38,869 bases of DNA from a virus. Shown piece by piece: positions 7,705 through 13,621 of the stretch. The stretch lies in the UHGV virus genome UHGV-1367882. One strand, 5' to 3'. Each line of letters begins with the position of its first letter. Positions within the stretch are counted from its first letter, which is position 1. The notes beneath the pieces are model-generated. The model was not told where the DNA came from. It did not search any database and worked only from the letters and a program-made list of their open reading frames with translations. The translations under genes were made by a program, and so were the position numbers.

Positions 7705-8832
7705 ATGATAAAGAAACAAGGAAAGGACGGTCTGCTTATGTCCAGAAACGCTAATGGAGACGGAAGCCTAAGAAAAAAGCGAGAAGGTCTATGGGAATAT
7801 CGTGTCACGGCGGGATATGATGCGGACCAGCACGCCATCCGCAAGTCCTTTTATGGCAAAACCAAAACGGAAGCAAAGAATAAATACAAGGACTGGCTGA
7901 AGCAATCCGGCACTCCTCAAATTGAAAAAACAAAAACCATCGGGGAATGGGCTACCCAATGGCTTGAAATATATAAAAAGGGGAAAGTGGAGGATGGCAC
8001 ATACCGCAATTATGAGCAGTATGTAAAAAACCATATTATCCCCGGCCTCGGGAATCTCAAATTTGAAAGCGTCCGTCCGGCTCATATTGAGCGATTTATG
8101 AAAGAGCGGAGCAATCTGTCAAAGTCCGCCCAGCAGCACATCAAAATAACCTTGAATGGCATTTTTGAGACCGCAATAGACAACGGCTTCTGCCTTACAA
8201 ATCCTTGCCGTAAGATCAGCATAAAAAAAGATAAGGATCAAACACCAAAGGTATTCGGAAAATCCGATATAGCTGCGTTATTAGAGCTTGCTCCATCCGT
8301 AGAGCACGGAGAAATTATAGAGTTGCTCTTGTATACGGGTCTGCGCATTGGCGAAGCGGCGGCGCTGCAATGGAGAGATATTAACCGGGAAGACGGTATA
8401 ATTGTCGTCCGCCATTCCGTGGCCGTAAAAAACGGCGGCGGGTATTATTTGAAATCCACCAAAAGCGGGAAAGAGCGGTATATTGGTATCACGGACGATC
8501 TAGGGGCATTACTAGACAGGATCCCGATGAAGGGGCTGTATGTCCTTGCCAATACAGAATTTAATTATTGGGATACTTTCCAGCTCAGGAAGCAATATAC
8601 GGCTGCTTTTACCGCAATAAACGCAATCCTGGTGGACCAGGGCCGTCCTGCCGTGCCGTATTTATCCCCGCACAAATGCCGTCATACATACGCTACATAT
8701 TTAATAAAGGGCGGAGCCGGGCTAAGGGAAGTGCAAGAACTGTTGGGGCACAGTTCCACATCAGTCACAGAAGTCTATACCCATATAGACATAGAGGATA
8801 TACGGAATAGCTCGTCTAAACTAGCATATTGA
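7705..8832 (+). CDS. int: Tyrosine-type site-specific integrase
   Basis: LLYTGLRIGEAAALQWRDI (Arg). HKCRHTYATYLIKGGAGLREVQELLGHSSTSVTEVYTHI (H-x-x-R ... Y). It is adjacent to the att core. Confidence 0.85.
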   Translation: MIKKQGKDGLLMSRNANGDGSLRKKREGLWEYRVTAGYDADQHAIRKSFYGKTKTEAKNKYKDWLKQSGTPQIEKTKTIGEWATQWLEIYKKGKVEDGTYRNYEQYVKNHIIPGLGNLKFESVRPAHIERFMKERSNLSKSAQQHIKITLNGIFETAIDNGFCLTNPCRKISIKKDKDQTPKVFGKSDIAALLELAPSVEHGEIIELLLYTGLRIGEAAALQWRDINREDGIIVVRHSVAVKNGGGYYLKSTKSGKERYIGITDDLGALLDRIPMKGLYVLANTEFNYWDTFQLRKQYTAAFTAINAILVDQGRPAVPYLSPHKCRHTYATYLIKGGAGLREVQELLGHSSTSVTEVYTHIDIEDIRNSSSKLAY

Positions 8833-8839
8833 AAGTTTA

Positions 8840-8859
8840 TTGGGGTACTGTTGGGGTAC
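8840..8859. repeat. Two direct TTGGGGTAC repeats (candidate integrase arm-type sites, left arm)
   Basis: Copies at 8840-8848 and 8851-8859. Confidence 0.5.
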
Positions 8860-8937
8860 GGCTTAATTTATGATTGAGCAATAAAAAAATAAAGACCGCT
8901 CAAACCCGCATGATTGCTAGGTTCTTGCGATCTTCAT

Positions 8938-8984
8938 TTGGTTGGGATGGCTGGAATCGAACCAGCACGCGCAGAGTCAAAGTG
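8938..8984 (-). other. attP core: 3' portion (anticodon loop to CCA) of a tRNA-Gln(TTG)-like sequence with no 5' half
   Basis: Minus strand reads ACTTTGACTCTGCGCGTGCTGGTTCGATTCCAGCCATCCCAACCA. It has a CTTTGAC anticodon loop, a T-arm GCTGG-TTCGATT-CCAGC, an acceptor 3' strand and CCA. It closely resembles the Firmicutes tRNA-Gln 3' end. Confidence 0.6.
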
Positions 8985-9021
8985 TAATAAAACCCGCTAT
9001 TTATGCGGCTTTATAGGCTAT

Positions 9022-9097
9022 TTACCCCAATTTATGCCGTTTTTAGATACGTCTGAACACCTCTAAAATCACTCGCGTTGGGGCATAATTGGGGTAC
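9022..9097. repeat. Right-arm copies of the TTGGGGTAC motif (one inverted, two direct)
   Basis: ttaccccaa (9022-9030, inverted). ttggggcat (9078-9086). ttggggtac (9089-9097). Confidence 0.5.
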
Positions 9098-9115
9098 AAA
9101 ACAATTGTAGTGATA

Positions 9116-9144
9116 TTGACTATTTGAGCCAATCTGAGTATAAT
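9116..9144 (+). promoter_or_regulatory. Consensus sigma-70 promoter (TTGACT-17-TATAAT)
   Basis: All three elements are canonical. There is no ORF directly downstream. Confidence 0.6.
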
Positions 9145-9150
9145 AAACAA

Positions 9151-9226
9151 TGTAGAACAAAAACGAACACCGACTAAATCGGTGCCAGTTTTTATTGGGC
9201 CGGTGCCTGCACAGGCCCTCTTTTTT
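9151..9226 (+). ncRNA. Candidate small RNA (~75 nt) ending in two intrinsic-terminator hairpins
   Basis: Starts from the consensus promoter. Hairpin caccga-ctaaa-tcggtg plus ccagttttt, then gggcc-N12-ggccc plus tctttttt. No coding potential. Confidence 0.3.
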
Positions 9227-9323
9227 AATAACAATGCCGGAGCACCCGTTAGGATGCCCCGATCTTCATTCTATTTTTGCATTGTGTTGCTAATGCTGTT
9301 GACAATGAAGGGAAAATATGTTA

Positions 9324-9352
9324 TTGACAAAATCTTAAATTTTGCATACAAT
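9324..9352 (+). promoter_or_regulatory. Sigma-70 promoter (TTGACA-17-TACAAT) for the Panacea/MazF-like operon
   Basis: Canonical hexamers ~120 nt upstream of the AAGGAGG RBS of the 9471 gene. A second TTGACA lies 25 nt upstream. Confidence 0.55.
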
Positions 9353-9470
9353 ATGAGTGCGGGGGATGGTTATTTAACCTGCCCCTCGCTAGACGATGAA
9401 TGAAGGGGATCACTAGTATTTTAAGTGGTTCCCTTTTAGTCAATTAAAAGCAACGAAGGAGGTTAGGGCA

Positions 9471-10025
9471 ATGGCTAATATTTTTGATTTTGCTAATTTC
9501 TTTATTGATTTGTCTTTGCACAACGAAGAAGATCCTATGACAAATCTGCGCCTTAACAAACTTCTTTATTTTGCTCAAGGGTGCAGCTTTGCCAAAAGAG
9601 GCGTTCCGCTTTTTTGTGAGGATTTCCGGGCGTGGAAATTTGGCCCCGTTGTGCCTGTCGTCTATCATGAGTTTAAAAAATACGAGGCAAATCCTATTGA
9701 CAAAGTTGTCGGCACATATAGCCCGTCTGTTTTTTCTGAAGATGAATTCGATATATTGCTGAATGTCGCAAATGAATATGGCAAATACACCTCTCCAACG
9801 CTAGTCGATATATCTCATATCCCCCAGGGGCCGTGGGATATTGCATATCGTCATTGCGTTGAAAGCGTAATACCAAAAAGTGACATAAAGGAGTATTTTC
9901 AGACTAATTCGTGCAGTTCACGTTTTAATTCACATAGAGATTCTATTCAAACAATTTATGGAAGGCGAGATAAAGACGGTTATCTTGTGCTTCCTAAAGA
10001 GTTAGGCAGTGACTGGGCCCTGTAA
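9471..10025 (+). CDS. Panacea-domain (DUF4065; SocA/GepA-like) antitoxin
   Basis: FANFFIDLS...MTNLRLNKLLYFAQGCSFAKRGVPLFCEDFRAWKFGPVVPVVYHEFKKY is the DUF4065 signature. Confidence 0.75.
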   Translation: MANIFDFANFFIDLSLHNEEDPMTNLRLNKLLYFAQGCSFAKRGVPLFCEDFRAWKFGPVVPVVYHEFKKYEANPIDKVVGTYSPSVFSEDEFDILLNVANEYGKYTSPTLVDISHIPQGPWDIAYRHCVESVIPKSDIKEYFQTNSCSSRFNSHRDSIQTIYGRRDKDGYLVLPKELGSDWAL

Positions 10026-10323
10026 AAAGTGGGAAGTGTGGCTGGCTAACCTAAGGGTTGAAGATTCAGATGAAGTTAAACAACGCCCTGTGGTTATATT
10101 AGAACACAATATAGTCGCTGTATTAGCTTTGAAAGTAACCAGTCATGAACCTCGCCACAATTTTGCTGGTGAATATAGCCTAAAATACTGGAAAGAAGCC
10201 GGGTTGCACAGACCGTCAACTGTTAGAACTTCTCAAAGGCTTCACTTGTTAGAAAACGACCTAAATAGAAAATTAGGTTGTTTACACGCATCGGACATTC
10301 TTCAAATACTTAAATATTTATAG
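10009..10323 (+). CDS. MazF/PemK-fold toxin (PanT-like partner of the Panacea antitoxin)
   Basis: WEVWLANLRVEDSDEVKQRPVVILEHN...IVAVLALKVTSH matches the MazF pattern GxIWxVxL...RPVLVI...VVPxTS. It overlaps the upstream gene by 17 nt. GTG start. Confidence 0.6.
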   Translation: MTGPCKKWEVWLANLRVEDSDEVKQRPVVILEHNIVAVLALKVTSHEPRHNFAGEYSLKYWKEAGLHRPSTVRTSQRLHLLENDLNRKLGCLHASDILQILKYL

Positions 10324-10332
10324 ATGAAAAAC

Positions 10333-10370
10333 GCCGGGGCATCCATAACGGGTGCCCCGGCTTTCTCTTT
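10333..10370. terminator. Bidirectional rho-independent terminator (end of the TA operon and end of the lysis operon)
   Basis: gccggggca-N10-tgccccggc with aaaaa upstream and tttctcttt downstream. Confidence 0.7.
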
Positions 10371-10372
10371 GC

Positions 10373-10537
10373 CTATTTGGCGTCGAATAGCGCCTTGATC
10401 TCATCCCCTGCTATCTCGTGTGCATCCACGGATGCAATACGCAATGGAGTAGGACCAGCCTCCAACACTTGGAGCAGCTTTTCAGCGGTTGCCTCGTCAC
10501 GGATAATCACCGGTTTGCTGATGCTTTTACTCGCCAC
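10373..10537 (-). CDS. Small ORF (54 aa, GTG start) downstream of the holin; uncertain
   Basis: GTG overlaps the holin stop. The product has no recognised motif. Confidence 0.25.
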   Translation of the reverse strand: MASKSISKPVIIRDEATAEKLLQVLEAGPTPLRIASVDAHEIAGDEIKALFDAK

Positions 10538-10745
10538 CGGTCGCCTCTCCTACGCTCACTTCGGGCAGACCCGCAATGGACGTGAGCAGGGACAAGATGC
10601 CAGCAAGGGCGGACGCGCTGGCTACCATAACCCAGTTTACGTCTCCTATCACGGCGGACGTGCCGATGGTTGCTACCGCTGTCTGCGCCACCGTCTTGAT
10701 TGCGCGGATACCCGCAGCCTTGATCCAGCTTTTCATGTTTTTCAT
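10527..10745 (-). CDS. Holin (phage_holin_4_1-like), 72 aa
   Basis: AAGGAGG RBS then ATG at 10745. [63 protein letters not shown] has two TM segments. Confidence 0.65.
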   Translation of the reverse strand: MKNMKSWIKAAGIRAIKTVAQTAVATIGTSAVIGDVNWVMVASASALAGILSLLTSIAGLPEVSVGEATGGE

Positions 10746-10758
10746 TTTCGATCCTCCT

Positions 10759-11082
10759 TTAATCTTCATAAATGATTTCCAGGCCATAGGCTTTTGCCGC
10801 CTCATGTTCGATGCGGCACCCCCGCGCCTGCTCCCAGCCCTTGCAGAAATAGGCTACATGACACAGGCTCATGTTTTCCAATGATTTTGCCAGGAAGCAT
10901 AACGGGCGATTGACAACGCCTCTCTTCTCAAAATTGTTTTCGCTGTACCATTCATCGGTAAATAGCGTGTTGACGATTTCATAGCCCTTCTCTTTGAGCA
11001 CTTTGATAGCTCTATCCCTTGTGGCTACGATTTCTTTATCCGTCTTGCCGCCCATAGGCTGTGAAAGCATTGCTTTTTTCAT
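10759..11082 (-). CDS. DUF4406-like small protein in the lysis cassette
   Basis: [22 protein letters not shown] motif. The family call is from memory. Confidence 0.35.
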   Translation of the reverse strand: MKKAMLSQPMGGKTDKEIVATRDRAIKVLKEKGYEIVNTLFTDEWYSENNFEKRGVVNRPLCFLAKSLENMSLCHVAYFCKGWEQARGCRIEHEAAKAYGLEIIYED

Positions 11083-11333
11083 TTCCGATCCTCCAATCTG
11101 GTAATACGTCCCTCATGGTTGGCCAGTATTTTATCCTGTTCGTCATTCTTTTCCCAGATGCGTTCATGAGCCTTCTGGCTGTGCTCCTCCTGCCTTTCCA
11201 GCCGCTTTTCCACGTTGCTGAGAGTGGTGTTCAGCTTGGCTATAGAGGAGTTGAGCTTCAGCACCGGGGCCAACACCGTCCCCAGCAATCCCACCAGCAC
11301 CACAATCACCTGGACAATATCCCATCCATTCAT
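11079..11333 (-). CDS. Lysis-associated membrane protein (N-terminal TM plus coiled coil), holin-like
   Basis: MNGWDIVQVIVVLVGLLGTVLAPVL TM followed by a charged coiled coil. Lies immediately downstream of the lysin. Confidence 0.4.
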   Translation of the reverse strand: MNGWDIVQVIVVLVGLLGTVLAPVLKLNSSIAKLNTTLSNVEKRLERQEEHSQKAHERIWEKNDEQDKILANHEGRITRLEDRK

Positions 11334-11345
11334 ATTCCTTCCCCT

Positions 11346-12422
11346 TTACGCTTTCACCAGATCCTCGGTGCGGATCCACCCGGTGGCCGCTCCTCCCGGA
11401 GCCGTGCTCACCAGCACTTTGCCGCTGCCCACCTGGAGGACATACAGCACGCCCTGCCGGACGAAGGAAGCCATGTGCTGCCCCGTGGCGAAGTACTCCG
11501 CGCCATCTCGTACCTTTACCGCATCCCCCACAGCAAAGCCGGAGGGATCAGGCTGAGGCGTGGGCTCCGGCTGGGACGGTTCAGGCTCGGAAGGCGCAAC
11601 AGAACCTCCCCTTTCCGCCACCAGATCACCCGTCTTGATCCAGCCCGTTGCTGCGCCGCCGGGAGCGGTGGAAACCAGAACCTTACCATTCCCCACCTGG
11701 ATAACGTACAGCACACTTTCGCGCACCCAGGATGCCATGTGCTGCCCCGTGGCAAAGTACTCCGCGCCAGCCCGTACCCGGACGGCGTCCCCTACAGCGA
11801 ACCCGGAAGGAGAAGGAGCTGGTTCAGGCTCGTCCTCCGATTCAGTATTTTCGGTATACGTCACTCCCAGATGTGCACAGATCACTTTCGCCTGAGCCTC
11901 CGCCATCTCCCGGAGCTTACCATCCTGCTTGAGCACCGCCTCATCATGGGTATTGTCGTGGAACCCGTTCTCGCAGATAAACACCTTTGGACACCCGGTA
12001 GCCACGGCGTAACCGATGACGGTATAGTAATCGTAGCTGGGATCGTTGGTGGACCGCTTCGTCTTCGCGCCCCGGCTGGGAGACCCCAGTACCGTTGATG
12101 CCGCTTCTGCCAGCTCCGCAGCCATCCCCTGGTTTTCCGGCTGCCGCACGGAGTAATACGCCTCTGCACCGCGCCCGCCTCCGGCGTTGCTGTGCTCACT
12201 GATCATCAGGTCATACCCTGCCGCCTTGTTCCCGCGCTCCGTCAATTCAGGACGTTCGCTCTCCGCGCGTGTCAGTGCCGCCTCACATCCACACCGTTCC
12301 AGCGCCGTTTTCAGATATCCAGACAGCTTCCACATGCCTTCATGTTCAAGGTACCCCGTAGGTCCCCCGTTGACACATCCCGGACCGTGTCCTGGATCGA
12401 TCATGATTTTTGCTTTACTCAT
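11346..12422 (-). CDS. N-acetylmuramoyl-L-alanine amidase (Amidase_3) endolysin with two C-terminal SH3-like cell-wall-binding repeats
   Basis: IMIDPGHGPG...EHSNAGGGRGAEAYY is the catalytic domain. GFAVGDAV(R/K)VR(A/D)GAEYFATGQHMAS...GWI(K/R)T(G/E)DLV appears twice. Confidence 0.8.
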   Translation of the reverse strand: MSKAKIMIDPGHGPGCVNGGPTGYLEHEGMWKLSGYLKTALERCGCEAALTRAESERPELTERGNKAAGYDLMISEHSNAGGGRGAEAYYSVRQPENQGMAAELAEAASTVLGSPSRGAKTKRSTNDPSYDYYTVIGYAVATGCPKVFICENGFHDNTHDEAVLKQDGKLREMAEAQAKVICAHLGVTYTENTESEDEPEPAPSPSGFAVGDAVRVRAGAEYFATGQHMASWVRESVLYVIQVGNGKVLVSTAPGGAATGWIKTGDLVAERGGSVAPSEPEPSQPEPTPQPDPSGFAVGDAVKVRDGAEYFATGQHMASFVRQGVLYVLQVGSGKVLVSTAPGGAATGWIRTEDLVKA

Positions 12423-12437
12423 TTTCTTTTCCTCCTT

Positions 12438-12968
12438 TTATTCTGCCGCAATATAGGTCAGTGTAAAATTGCCTTTAAACCCTACCGTTGAGTGCACATC
12501 TCCGGCAGCGAGTGTTTTCCATGAATATACCGGAGCGCCGCTTATCTCCTGCGCACCAACAAAAACAATCTGATTGCTTCCCGTCTTTATACAGGCAAGC
12601 ACAGGAGACGTATCGTGGCTTGTCCCATCGGCCGCCAATGCAGCATAAGCATCATATTTTGCCGTAAAAGGCAGCCCTGTGATGGCGAGCGTCCCCGTCA
12701 ACGTTGTGGCAGTTTCTACGCTGAATGCAACGCCAACCGTTACCATATCCCCGCAACGGACATAACTCCCGCTCACCGACTTGGATATCCCATCTGCGCA
12801 GCTCACCGGCATCGCCAGCGTAAGGGACTGCGTGGAGCCGGATACCGGGAGGTTCCCGGAGCTGCTTCCGATGTACACCTCCCCCGTGTCCGTGCACAGG
12901 GCGGGCTCCCCCACCGCCAAAGTCGGTAAATTGGCCTTAGTCCCTCGTCTTAGTCTTATACTGGCCAT
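12438..12968 (-). CDS. Tail fiber-like protein (176 aa)
   Basis: N-terminus RLRRGTKANLPTLAVGEPALCTDTGEVYIGSSSG is the conserved phage tail-fiber N-terminal motif. Confidence 0.5.
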   Translation of the reverse strand: MASIRLRRGTKANLPTLAVGEPALCTDTGEVYIGSSSGNLPVSGSTQSLTLAMPVSCADGISKSVSGSYVRCGDMVTVGVAFSVETATTLTGTLAITGLPFTAKYDAYAALAADGTSHDTSPVLACIKTGSNQIVFVGAQEISGAPVYSWKTLAAGDVHSTVGFKGNFTLTYIAAE

Positions 12969-12985
12969 GTCCCTGCCCCCCTATG

Positions 12986-13597
12986 TCAAAACGTGCCCCC
13001 GTCGATTGTCCCTGACAGCTTGGAAGCATCCAGACTGGTCACATTGAGTGCGATAGCCGCGGTACCATCAAAATTTTTGGCCGCTGCTGTCGCGCCGCCG
13101 GTGATAGAGATTCCCCGTGGTGTCGTTAGCTGATCTGCCGCTCCTGCCGTGATCGCTGAATCCGCTCGTCCTGCTGTTTCCGCTCCATCCGCTGATACCG
13201 CTGCAGGGACTTTACCAGACACTTTGGCACCATCAATACTGGTCACAGGGATGGTAATGTTGGCTGTACCGTTAAAAGAGGTTGCTGTGCCGGTTGCGGC
13301 CCCAGAAAGGGCTATGGTGCGTGCGGTAGTCAACTTTGCAGCGCTGGAAACAGCTTTGGCACTGTCCGCCGTATTGTCCACATTGCCCAGCCCCACATCG
13401 GTTTTCGTCAGGGTTACCGCGCCTGTTTTTCCTGCCACCGAAATCACTGCATTTTCTGTATCAGGATTAAGCAGCAACTTTCCATTACCGGTACCCACAT
13501 ACAGTTTACCGGTATCCAAAGTAACGGCCAGCTCTCTCTCCTGTAGGCTCTCCGGTAAATTTGTGCTTTGTCCACCCTTAATCTTAATTGTTGCCAT
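12986..13597 (-). CDS. Tail fiber-like protein (203 aa)
   Basis: IKIKGGQSTNLPESLQERELAVTLDTGKLYVGTGNGK matches the same N-terminal motif. Ser/Thr/Ala/Gly-rich repeats follow. Confidence 0.5.
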   Translation of the reverse strand: MATIKIKGGQSTNLPESLQERELAVTLDTGKLYVGTGNGKLLLNPDTENAVISVAGKTGAVTLTKTDVGLGNVDNTADSAKAVSSAAKLTTARTIALSGAATGTATSFNGTANITIPVTSIDGAKVSGKVPAAVSADGAETAGRADSAITAGAADQLTTPRGISITGGATAAAKNFDGTAAIALNVTSLDASKLSGTIDGGTF

Positions 13598-13621
13598 GTG
13601 TTTTCGCCTTCCTTTTCTTCG

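Noticed and set aside
7587-7844. 85-aa minus-strand ORF spanning the integrase promoter and start
   Set aside because: It overlaps the integrase N-terminus antisense and the AT-rich promoter region, with no RBS.
8938-8984. A complete tRNA-Gln gene
   Set aside because: Only the 3' ~45 nt (anticodon loop to CCA) are present. The expected 5' acceptor, D and anticodon-stem sequences are absent upstream. It is therefore called an attP core, not a tRNA gene.
10377-10775. 132-aa plus-strand ORF across the holin region
   Set aside because: Antisense to the canonical holin and the small downstream ORF. The plus-strand TA operon is already terminated at 10333..10370.
11061-12098. 345-aa plus-strand ORF opposite the endolysin
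   Set aside because: It is antisense to a well-supported Amidase_3 gene and is generated by its internal tandem repeat. Its composition is Pro/Arg/Leu-rich and low-complexity.
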